Shown here in pieces: positions 50,756-64,000 of a DNA stretch of 64,000 nucleotides (the stretch's first letter is position 1; every line of letters begins with the position of its first letter). The notes under the pieces were generated by a model. It was not told where the DNA came from. It worked only from the letters and a program-made list of their open reading frames with translations, and did no database searches. Position numbers and translations under genes: made by a program. Source of the DNA: Sminthopsis crassicaudata (lineage: Eukaryota); NCBI RefSeq assembly GCF_048593235.1, contig NC_133619.1, positions 651,660,558 to 651,724,557 on the forward strand. The letters run 5' to 3'.

Positions 50756-51370
50756 ATGCTTCTCCCCTCCCTCGCGCCGCGCGGCTGGCTCTCCCTCTCT
50801 CTTCTCTGGGGGCTACTCCGCGTGGCCCCCCAGGAGCTACCACCGCTGCCCCCGTTCCCGAGCCCCGAGTGGGACCTGCTGTCCCCACGTGTGGCCCTGT
50901 CTCGGGGGGCCCCCTCCGGGCCCCCGCTCCTCTTTGTCCTGGAAGCCTCCCCGGCGGCGGCCCCCGCCAACCGGAGCCGGCGGGAGGCCGGCGTGGGCGC
51001 GGGGGCCGGCCGTCGGGGCGAGCTGGCCGTGTGTGACGCCGTCAGCGGCTGGGTGACCGACCGTCGCACGGCCGTGGACCTCCGAGGCCGCGAGGTGGAG
51101 GTCCTGGGGGAGGTGCCCGCAGCAGGGGGGGGGCCCCTGCGGCAGTACTTTTTTGAGACCCGATGCAAAGCGGCCGGGGGCCCTGAAGGCGGGGCCGGCT
51201 GCCGTGGGGTGGACCGGAGACACTGGGTGTCCGAATGTAAAGCCAAGCAATCTTATGTTCGGGCGCTGACCGCAGACGGGCAAGGGCGGGTGGGCTGGAG
51301 GTGGATCCGCATCGACACGGCCTGTGTGTGCACCCTGCTCAGCCGGGCCACGGCGGGGGGGCGGGCCTGA
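50756..51370 (+). CDS. NTF4: Prepro-neurotrophin-4, 204 aa, single coding exon
   Basis: Acceptor ttccag|gtggccacagagATG; signal peptide; [10 protein letters not shown] pro-region; NRSRR furin site; mature [13 protein letters not shown]...RIDTACVC with six Cys. Confidence 0.98.
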   Translation: MLLPSLAPRGWLSLSLLWGLLRVAPQELPPLPPFPSPEWDLLSPRVALSRGAPSGPPLLFVLEASPAAAPANRSRREAGVGAGAGRRGELAVCDAVSGWVTDRRTAVDLRGREVEVLGEVPAAGGGPLRQYFFETRCKAAGGPEGGAGCRGVDRRHWVSECKAKQSYVRALTADGQGRVGWRWIRIDTACVCTLLSRATAGGRA

Positions 51371-52645
51371 TCCCAAAGTGGCCCCCTGCGTGGCCAACCC
51401 CCCCCCCCCCCACAGGCTGCATCTCTTCCTTGCAAACGGAGCTCTCCTCCTGCCCATGGTCCTGCCAGGGCGCTCCAAGCTCACAGCCGAGAACTTGCTT
51501 TCCTTCCAAATGAGAGCTCACGGTCCCACTTGGCACACCGAACGCAGGGGAGCCTTGGAAGGGGAAGGGACTTATGCAAGGGCACCCTGCTCGATCTGGG
51601 AAGTGGCCACCCGGTGAAACTGAGGCATCCGGGCCGCAGCCACCATCTGTGGGCAAGTTCTGGGCACAGCACTCAGAGGAGACAGAGACCCAGAGATCAC
51701 CTCCCACACCAGGGAGGAAGCAGGACAGAGTGGGGCTGATGGTCAGCACTCCCGCCAGGAACCCTGATGTTTGGAGAGGGAGTGAGCCCCCTGCCCAGGG
51801 AAGTGTTCAAGCATCAGCAGAGCAGAGGGAATGTGAACTGGACAATCTTTAAACTCCCCTTCTTTGTGAGGGTCTGAGTGGAGGAGCAGCTCTGACCAGG
51901 CCAGTGGGAGCTGGGCAGATCCTAGACAGGGGATGGAACATCCCGAGGTTTATGGGGCGGAGGAATCAAAGAAGACTGGTGCTGAAAGCCCTCCTAGCTT
52001 CCTTCAGTTTAAGGGGCAGTGGCGGCTGCCTGCTTTGGGTCCACTAGGACCATGAGGCCTCCAGTGGGTCATATCCCCATAACCTGCAGAGCTGAGGAAG
52101 GGTGACAGAAGCTCAGACTCTGGCTCCCGGATTTCTCAGGGCTTCCTGCTTATCTGGCTCCCCAGAGTCCATCTCTGGAACTTTCCCCAAGATTTTGGGG
52201 GGTTGTCCCCAATATTCTCCAGACACGCCCATCTCTTTCTCTGTTTATGTATATGAATAGACACACGTTTCTACACTGTCTTTCTGGCCCTCAGTTCTCT
52301 GGGCCTCGGGGTGTCCGGCGGCTGGTGCTCGGCTCTCTCCGGGTCTGCCTTGCCAGCCCGCTGTCTCTGGGCCCGCCCCTCTCCTGCCCTTCCCCCTCGC
52401 CCCAAGACCTTTTCCACTCTCCCTTGGTGCTGGCCCAGGTGGGTTTTCCCTCCGTGGCTCCCTACTGCTCTGCCCTCCTCCGCCCATCCTTTAGCTGGAC
52501 TCTTTCTGAACTCCTCTCCCGCTTCACCCTCCCCCCACCCTCGGCCTCGGCCCGGCCCCATTGGCCGAGTCCAGGCTCGGGCAGGTTCTGTCTCCAGAGC
52601 GACGGCACAACAGTGGAGAGGGGGAGGCTCCCGGGAGGCTGGGCC

Positions 52646-54407
52646 ATGGCGGGCCTCGCTCGGGCTTCTTACAGCGGCCTCTGGGGCACCCCGGCGGAGC
52701 GTCCTGGAGGTCGGGGGCCAGCCGGGTCCGACAGCCCCCTCCCCTTTCCGCGGCCTAAAGCACAGGTGAGCGGCCGCCGGGGGATCCGGCCCTGGCTAAG
52801 GGGGAAAGGAGGACCCCTCCCCTAAGGGGCGGGGCTGGGGAGAAAGAGACCTGGAGGCCCGAGGGGCGGGGCTGGGGAGGGCGCGGGGGTCTTACACCCT
52901 GCCGAAATCCTTCCCCCTCCTCGTGGCCCAGCCCCCGGTCCCCGAGAGCCTTCCTCCAGAGGCCAAGTGTGAGTCCCTTCTCCTGGACCTGGACGAGGGC
53001 TTCAGTCGCTGGGAGACGTCCTCAGGTGCGGCGCACGGCCCCAAGCCTCACGGCGGGGTGTACGCGCAGCCCGGCCACCCGCTCTCATCCAGGGCCAGAA
53101 AGACGCTGGGGATCAAGGAGTTTGGGGAGAAGGTCAGGAGCGGGGGCGAGGGGGACGAGGCGGGCGGGGGAGGGGGCGAAAGGCCGCGGGGACTGCGGGT
53201 CGGGCGGGGGAGGGGGTGAAAGGCCGCAGGGACTCGGGGGTGGGCGGGGGAGGGGCGAAAGGCCGCGGGGACTGGGGGGCGGACGGGGGAGGGGGCGAGA
53301 GGCCGCGGGGACTGGGGGGCGAGGGGGACGAGGCGGGCAGGGGAGGGGGCGAAAGGCCGCGGGGACTGGGGGGCGAGGGGGACGAGGCGGGCAGGGGAGG
53401 GGGCGAAAGGCCGCGGGGACTGCGGGGCAGGCGGGGGAGGGGGTGAAAGGCCGCAGGGACTCGGGGGTGGGCGGGGGAGGGGCGAAAGGCCGCGGGGACT
53501 GGGGGGCGAGGGGGACGAGGCGGGCGGGGGAGGGCGAAAGGCCGCGGGGACTGGGGGGCGGATGGCCCCAGCCTTCCCCTCTGTGCTCAGCTTCAGCTCC
53601 GGCCCCGGCGGTACCCCCTGAGCATGGGGTGCCAGAAAAGCGAGATGCGGGAGAAGTACCCGGGCTGGCCCAACCTGGGCGCCGAGCCCACTCCCGGGCC
53701 AGAGTTCTGGGACCGAGCCCGCCAGGTGAGGCCGGCCGCGGGGGAGGGGGGCGGCCGGGTGAGGGCGCCGAGAGACCCTGGAGGTCACAGCGAGCGCTCC
53801 CTTCCCCCCAGGTCCTGAGCCTCTCCGGGAAGGACCCGGCCCTGGCCGAAAAGCCCTTCTTCCAGCCCTACCTGACCACCACGGCGCGGGACTTCCGCTA
53901 CTACCCGAGGTGAGCCCTGGCCGGGCCCTGGGGTGCCCCCTCCTCGCGCTCCCAGGAGGATTCGGGCGTCCCTTGTTCCTTGGAAGATCCGTGGGCCGCG
54001 CCTCCCCTCCCCCCACCCGGGGAAGGCTGGGCTCCTGCGGGACTCGGGGTCCTGGCCCCCCCTCCCCTTGGCCCGGAGTCCTGACCCGGCTCACCCCGTT
54101 ACTTGGCAGGAAGGAGCTGACCTGCCAGCCCCGGGGTTTCCGCAGCCAGCCCCCGCCGGGGGTGCTCCAGCCCAAGCGGCCCCTCCTCTCTGTGCCCTGC
54201 ACCACGGGCCAGCCCGTCCCGCGCGTCCCGCACCGCGGGGCCCTGTCGCTGACTCGAGAATCGTACAGGCCCTTCCCGCAGTCGCTGCCCCGGGCCCAGC
54301 GCTCCAGCCCTGCGGAGGCTCGGCGCCGCCCGTCCCTGCCCAGCCTGCAGGCCCTCTACCGGACCGAAAGCTCTCGCTACGGCAGCCTCAAGCCAGACTT
54401 CGTCTGA
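52646..54407 (+). CDS. SAXO3: Five-exon gene, 283 aa, SAXO-family (Mn-motif) microtubule inner protein; positional ortholog of SAXO3
   Basis: Exons 52646-52765, 52932-53132, 53591-53725, 53812-53909, 54110-54407 are all GT-AG and in frame (852 nt). Mn-like motifs SEMREKY, YLTTTARDF, SLTRESY, YRTESSRY. It lies directly upstream of LHB on the same strand, as I recall for human SAXO3. The symbol rests on position and motifs; the start codon is uncertain. Confidence 0.75.
53150..53560. repeat. G-rich compound minisatellite in SAXO3-like intron 2
   Basis: Recurring gggcgaaaggccgcggggact and gggggcgagggggacgaggcgggc blocks. Confidence 0.88.
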
Positions 54408-54894
54408 ACCTTCAGCCCGGTGCAGGGGTGAGCCGGCGGCGCCGTGGGGCAGGGGGCGGCGCCCCTCTGGCCACACCCCCGTAGCTGGCCACACCTCCTC
54501 GGGCCCGGGGCCCTGAAGAAACCCACCGCCAAGGTTAGGGCCGGGCCCTGGGGGCCACTAGGAGACGAGGCTTCTGGGAGCTGGCATCCCACCCGTGCAG
54601 GGCCATGCATCTTTCCGGGGGTCCCCAAGGTTGTCCTCCCCCCACGACGACCTTGGGCTGAGTTCTGTAGCTTGCTGGGCTCCTTCCCATCCCACCTGAG
54701 GCTTGGAGCCAAGGCCCAAGCAGGAGCCACACCCCAGGCCCCCCCCCCCCAGGGTCAGACACAGGTCTGCCACCTGCTGTCCCAGCTGTGAGGTGGTGGT
54801 GGCCTTGGACTAGCCCCACCCCCTTCTGCAGCCCAGGGACAGTGGGGGGAACCCTAAAGCCACCTAAGGCCCAGCCCACGTGCCAGCCTCCCAG

Positions 54895-55002
54895 TGACCT
54901 TGGCTGCGCCCACCTCCACCTGCCCAGGGGATTAGTGTCCAGGTTACCCAGGCGAGAGCTAGAGCCGCTGGCCTTGCCGCCCCCACTGCCCGGGCCTATA
55001 AG
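54895..55002 (+). promoter_or_regulatory. LHB proximal promoter: SF-1, Egr-1, Pitx1, SF-1, Egr-1, TATA
   Basis: TGACCTTG 54895-54902; CGCCCACCT 54907-54915; GGATTAG 54929-54935; TGGCCTTG 54969-54976; CGCCCCCAC 54978-54986; TATAAG 54997-55002. Same order as in the eutherian Lhb promoter. Confidence 0.9.
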
Positions 55003-55037
55003 GTGCCAGGGCTCCGGCTGCCGAGGGGCAGCGCAGA

Positions 55038-55697
55038 ATGGAGAGATACCAGGTCAGAGCTCAGGCCCCGGGGAGCCCAGGGGTGGTAGGCGGCCTCCAG
55101 ACCCAGGAAGCCCAAGAGGGAAGTGGGGTAAGGGGTAGGGTCCGGTCGTTGAAGGGGGCTTTGGGGGCTCCCCGCTCCAGAGGCTGAGCTGGACTCTGCA
55201 ACCCCCTCCCCAGGAGCTAACAGTGCTGGTGCTGCTGCTGCTGGAGGGAGTAGGAGCCGGCCCCCTTCGCCCCCTGTGCAGACCCACTAATGCCACGCTG
55301 GCCGCCGAGAGCGATGCCTGCCCCGTGTGCGTCACCTTCACCACCACCATCTGTGCCGGCTACTGCCCCAGCATGGTGAGGCTCGGGGGGAGGGCCGGAG
55401 GGCGGGGGGCCTGGCTGCGGGCAGCCCCCTCACCCAGCCTCCCCGCTGCTCTCCCAGGTGCGGGTCCTGCCGGCAGCTCTGCCCCCTGGCCCTCAGCTGG
55501 TCTGCACCTACAGAGAGCTGAGCTTCTCCTCCATCCGCCTGCCTGGCTGTCCCCCTGGCGTGGACCCCGTCTTCTCCTTCCCCGTGGCCCTGAGCTGCAG
55601 CTGTGGATCCTGCCGCCTGAGCCACTCCGACTGTGGGGGCCCGAGGGCTCGCCCCCACCTCTGCACCCGGCCCCATCTCAGCCTCCGCCTCCTCTAG
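55038..55697 (+). CDS. LHB: Luteinizing hormone beta subunit, 138 aa precursor, 3 exons
   Basis: Exons 55038-55052 (MERYQ), 55214-55375, 55458-55697; CAGYCPSM determinant, 12 Cys, N-A-T sequon; AATAAA at 55764-55769. Confidence 0.98.
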
Positions 55698-55977
55698 GGC
55701 CCAGGCCTGGGGCTGGAGGGTGGCACCTTCCGCTCCTTCCCTTCCCCCAAGCCCCCCAACCCCAATAAAGGTTTTTCATCTCACCCCTGGTGTCCTTGTC
55801 TGCCTGTGCTCCCTACTAGCTCTCTCCCTATCCCCAATACCGCCTCATCCCCCCAAAAAAGTAACCCGACAGAGAGGCAGAAGGCTTCTAGAACGATTTT
55901 ATAGAAAGTTCAAATGTCACAACTCAAGTAGAAAAGCAAAGGGGGCGGAAGGGAATTAGGGCGTCTGTCCAGGAAGC

Positions 55978-59903
<3,926 letters not shown>

Positions 59904-60484
59904 GTCGCGTTCCAACCGCCGTTCCTCACGGCCAGGCAGGAAGCGGAAACGGCCACCAGCCCCGCCCTCCCCCAGCGATCATGAAGCTACTCTAGGCTGC
60001 AGCGGTCCTCCGGCTCCTCTCGGTGGAACAGAGGGTGGGGGGATGCGGCCTGGAACTTCAGCAAGCCAGGATATGTCGACACTTCCCCTTTAAGAACCGC
60101 ACGTCCCCCACGCGCCCTTGCACTCCTCTCGGCTCCGGTGTGCCGCCTCAGCCCCCGGCCCGGAGACGGACGTGTCTTCTCGGCCAATCGGAGGACTCTC
60201 CCACACCGTTAGGTCCCGCCCCGCGAGCGCGGGGCCCGGAACTCTGACCAATCAGAGTGCCATGTACCTCCCGCCCCGCCCCCGCAGCCTTCATCTGGCC
60301 GGGAAGAGAGCTGAGATCGCGACGAGCCAATCAAGCGGCGCCGTCCGCGGCGCCCCAATGGCGGGCGAGGGGGCGGGGCAAGGCTCGAGGGGGCCTCAGG
60401 GTCCAGCTGCGGCCGCGGCCCGGGGCTCAGAGCCTCTGCCTCCGCCGCTGCCTCGGGCCCCGCGCCCCGCGCCGCCCCGCCGCC
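59904..60484. promoter_or_regulatory. Bidirectional RUVBL2/GYS1 CpG-island promoter
   Basis: Divergent ATGs 582 bp apart; ETS-like ggaagcggaaac at ~59939-59950; four CCAAT boxes (60184, 60248, 60327, 60355); GC boxes. Confidence 0.85.
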
Positions 60485-63400
60485 ATGCCGCTCAGCCGCA
60501 GCCTGTCCGTATCGTCGCTGCCCGGCCTCGAGGACTGGGAGGATGAGCTGGACCTGGACAACGCCGTGCTCTTCGAGGTGGCCTGGGAGGTGGCCAACAA
60601 GGGTGAGCGCCCCCGCCCGAGGGGATGACCTCCGGGAGCGAAGGAGGAGCGAGTGATGAGGGAGGAGGAAGGAGCACGGTGACCCCCGGGGGGGGGAGGG
60701 GCAGTGCCGGGGCCCAGGGTGACCCCCGCGGGGAGGGGCTGGAGGGGGTGCAGGTGAGGGACATGCCCGCGGAGGGGCACAGGGCAGGGGGCCCTTGACA
60801 GCAGTGAGGATGCTGGGATGAGGGGAGGGGGCTTCTGGGGTCTGCAGAACAGCGGGAGGAGGGAGCTGCTGGAGGCGGCGGCGGGTTCCCTGCGCCCGGG
60901 GAGCTCCTCGGCCCCCAGGGCTGGGGAGGGGGCTGCTGGGCACCTAGGGAGGGTGACGGGCGGGGGGGAGGGGGGTCCGAGGGGACTCTGCGGCCCGAGG
61001 CAGGAAGCAGAGGTTCTGGGGTCTGGGAGCTGATGCTTCTGAGAAGTGTTTCCGAGGCGGGGGAGGGGCGGGAGGAGACCCCAGAGTCCCCACTGCCGGG
61101 GTTCAGGGGAGGGGGAGGGGCGGAGGCGGACGGCCACAGGCACAGTCAGGGCTGGGGTCTCGAGGGGCGGGCGGAGGCTCCCTGGTCCCGGGGGGCTGAC
61201 CCCCAGCTCTCCGGCAGTGGGGGGCATCTACACCGTGCTTCAGACGAAGGCCAAGGTGACCGGAGACGAGTGGGGGGACAACTACTACCTGGTGGGGCCC
61301 TACACGGAGCAGGGCGTGCGCACCCAGGTGGAGCTGCTGGAGCCCCCCACCCCGGCCCTGCGCAGGACCCTGGAGTCCATGAACAGCAAGGGCTGCAAGG
61401 TAGGAGGGGGGGCCGCCGAGGGGTCCCGTCCCAGAGAACTTCAGGGCGCCGGGCCCATCCCTCGGACAGCTGGGGGCCACGTGATAGGCAGGGTCACAGC
61501 CTAAGAATAGCCCCCTCCTCCCTGCTGCGGAAAGGGCAGCAAACAGCTGGGGGGGGGAGGGGCTGCTGGCCTGGGCAGGGCAAGTGCCAGGTTGGGGGCG
61601 CCGCCAGTGGGAGGGAGGGAGGGCCTGCCCCGGGGGGCTGGGGGCCCCGGCCCTGGCCGCACGCCCGCCCTCCCCGCAGGTGTACTTCGGCCGCTGGCTG
61701 ATCGAGGGCAGCCCCCCTGTGGTGCTGCTGGACGTGGGGGCGGCCGCCTGGGCCCTGGAGCGCTGGAAGGGGGAGCTCTGGGACACCTGCAGCATCGGGG
61801 TCCCCTGGTACGACCGCGAAGCCAACGACGCCGTCCTCTTCGGCTTTCTCACCACTTGGTTCCTGGGCGAGGTAGGGACCCGCGGGGCCTCCCCTCCCCC
61901 ACCCCCTCCTGGCTCAGCCCCTCCCCCGGACCCCCTCCTGGCTCTCCCGGCCCCTCCCCCAGGCCCCCTCCTGGGTCTCCCAGCCCCTCCCCCGGACCCC
62001 CTCCTGGCTCTCCCAGCCCCTCCCCCAGACCCCCTCCTGGCTCTCCCGGCCCCTCCCCCAGACCCCTTCCTGGCTCTCCCGGCCCCTCCCCCGGACCCCC
62101 TCCTGGCTCTCCCAGCCCCTCCCCCAGACCCCCTCCTGGCTCTCCCAGCCCCTCCCCCGGACCCCCCCCTGGCTCTCCCAGCCCCTCCCCCAGACCCCCT
62201 CCTGGCTCAGCCCCTCCCCCGGACCCCCTCCTGGCTCTCCCGGCCCCTCCCCCGGATCCCCTCCTGGCTCTCCCAGCCCCTCCCCCGGACCCCCTCCTGG
62301 CTCTCCCGGCCCCTCCCCCAGACCCCCTCCTGGCTCAGCCCCTCCCCCGGACCCCCTCCTGGCTCAGCCCCTCCCCCGGACCCCCTCCTGGCTCTCCCAG
62401 CACCCCCCCCAGACCCCCTCCTGGCTCTCCCAGCCCCTCCCCCAGACCCCTTCCTGGCTCTCCCGGCCCCTCCCCCGGACCCCCCCCTGGCTCTCCCAGC
62501 CCCTCCCCCAGACCCCCTCCTGGCTCAGCCCCTCCCCCGGACCCCCTCCTGGCTCTCCCGGCCCCTCCCCCGGATCCCCTCCTGGCTCTCCCAGCCCCTC
62601 CCCCGGACCCCCTCCTGGCTCTCCCGGCCCCTCCCCCAGACCCCCTCCTGGCTCAGCCCCTCCCCCGGACCCCCTCCTGGCTCAGCCCCTCCCCCGGACC
62701 CCCTCCTGGCTCTCCCGGCCCCTCCCCCAGGCCCCTTCCTGGGTCTCCCAGCCCCTCTCCCGGACCCCCTCCTGGCTCTCCCAGCCCCTCCCCCGGATCC
62801 CCTCCTGGCTCTCCCAGCCCCTCCCCCGGACCCCCTCCTGGCTTTCCCGGCCCCTCCCCCAGGCCCCCTCCTGGGTCTCCCAGCCCCTCCCCCGGACCCC
62901 CTCCTGGCTCTCCCGGCCCCTCCCCCGGACCCCCTCCTGGCTCAGCCCCTCCCCCGGACCCCCTCCTGGCTCTCCCAGCCCCTCCCCCAGACCCCCTCCT
63001 GGCTCTCCCAGCCCCTCCCCCAGACCCCCTCCTGGCTCTCCCAGCCCCTCCCCCGGACCCCCTCCTGGCTCTCCCAGCCCCTCCCCCAGACCCCCCCCTG
63101 GCTCTCCCAGCCCCTCCCCCGGACCCCCCCCTGGCTCTCCCAGCCCCTCCCCCAGACCCCCTCCTGGCTCTCCCAGCCCCTCCCCCGGACCCCCCCCTGG
63201 CTCTCCCAGCCCCTCCCCCGGACCCCCCCCTGGCTCTCCCAGCCCCTCCCCCAGACCCCCTCCTGGTTCTCCCAGCCCCTCCCCCAGACCCCCTCCTGGC
63301 CCTCCCAGACCCCCTCCTGGCTCTCCCAGCCCCTCCCCCAGACCCCCTCCTGGCTCTCCCAGCCCCTCCCCCAGGCCCCCTCCTAGCCCCCCCCCCCCCA

Positions 63401-63856
63401 GTCGTTCCCGGTGGGGGGCGGGCCAGCAGCAGCCTCCGTGTCTCCGCAGTTCTGGGCCCAGAGCGAGGAGAAGCCCTTCATCGTGGGCCACTTCCACGAG
63501 TGGCTGGCCGGGGTGGGCCTGTGCCTGTGCAGGGCCCGCAAGCTGCCCGTGGCCACCATCTTCACCACGCACGCCACGCTGCTGGGCCGCTACCTGTGCG
63601 CCGGGGCCGTGGACTTCTACAACAACCTGGAGAACGTGAGGCGCCCCCAGGGGAGCCCGGGGCCGGGAGGGTCCGCCGCCGGGTCCCCCCTGACTCGCCC
63701 CCTCCCCCCAGTTCAACGTGGACAAGGAGGCGGGGGAGCGGCAGATCTACCACCGCTACTGCATGGAGAGGGCGGCCGCGCACTGCGCCCACGTCTTCAC
63801 CACCGTGTCCCAGATCACGGCCATCGAGGCTCAGCACCTGCTGAAGAGGAAGCCAG
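60485..63856 (+). CDS. GYS1: Muscle glycogen synthase, exons 1-5 (partial; gene continues past the window)
   Basis: Exons 60485-60602, 61218-61399, 61680-61871, 63450-63635, 63712-63856; [11 protein letters not shown] phospho-site N-terminus, [26 protein letters not shown]. Confidence 0.98.
61900..63385. repeat. 33-bp C-rich minisatellite (~45 copies, with 28-bp variants) filling GYS1 intron 3
   Basis: Unit cccctcccccggaccccctcctggctctcccag; it produces the spurious 600- and 750-aa Pro-rich ORFs. Confidence 0.95.
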
Positions 63857-64000
63857 GTGAGGGGGTCCCGGAGCCCGCCCGGACGTGGCCTGGGGGCCGG
63901 CTCGCTCTGCTGCTCCTCCTGCGCGCCCCAGAATCCCCCGCGGCGCTCCCGTGGGACGGGGGGGGGGGGGGGGGGCAGGGTCCCGGGGACTCAGCCACGG

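Noticed and set aside
52969-54205. 314- and 385-aa ORFs
   Set aside because: Intronic G-rich repeat read-through and antisense shadow of the SAXO3-like gene.
55697-55770. An actually translated CG-beta-type extension
   Set aside because: The LHB frame has a normal TAG at 55695-55697, so the CTP-like sequence is only latent.
61584-63844. 600- and 750-aa collagen/extensin-like Pro-rich ORFs
   Set aside because: They come from the 33-bp intronic minisatellite between clean GYS1 exons 3 and 4.

Overview
Mammalian genomic DNA, almost certainly marsupial: the LHB protein is near-identical to marsupial LH-beta as I recall it, and the SINE and L1 repertoire looks dasyurid-like (inference). The window is syntenic with human 19q13.33. 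The left ~30 kb is AT-rich and repeat-dense: stacked L1s including one TSD-flanked, 5'-intact L1 with an intact 1277-aa ORF2 but almost no ORF1, plus SINEs, MIR, L2 and a few unexplained GC-rich unique islands. The right ~34 kb is GC-rich and gene-dense: SNRNP70 (-), KCNA7 (+), NTF4 (+), a 5-exon SAXO3-like gene (+), single-copy LHB (+), RUVBL2 (-, all 15 coding exons, 463 aa) and the first five exons of GYS1 (+). Exon structures were built by hand from GT-AG sites and checked for frame. There is a 166-N gap at 48443-48608. Most long ORFs in the supplied track are GC-rich or tandem-repeat artefacts. The strongest leads are probable SAXO3-to-LHB read-through, a cryptic CG-beta-CTP-like peptide in the +1 frame of the LHB 3' end, the ORF1-less ORF2-intact L1, a multi-layer poison-exon/decoy 5' splice site system in SNRNP70 intron 7, and a ~2 kb insert bracketed by 40-bp direct repeats with TG...CA inverted ends.
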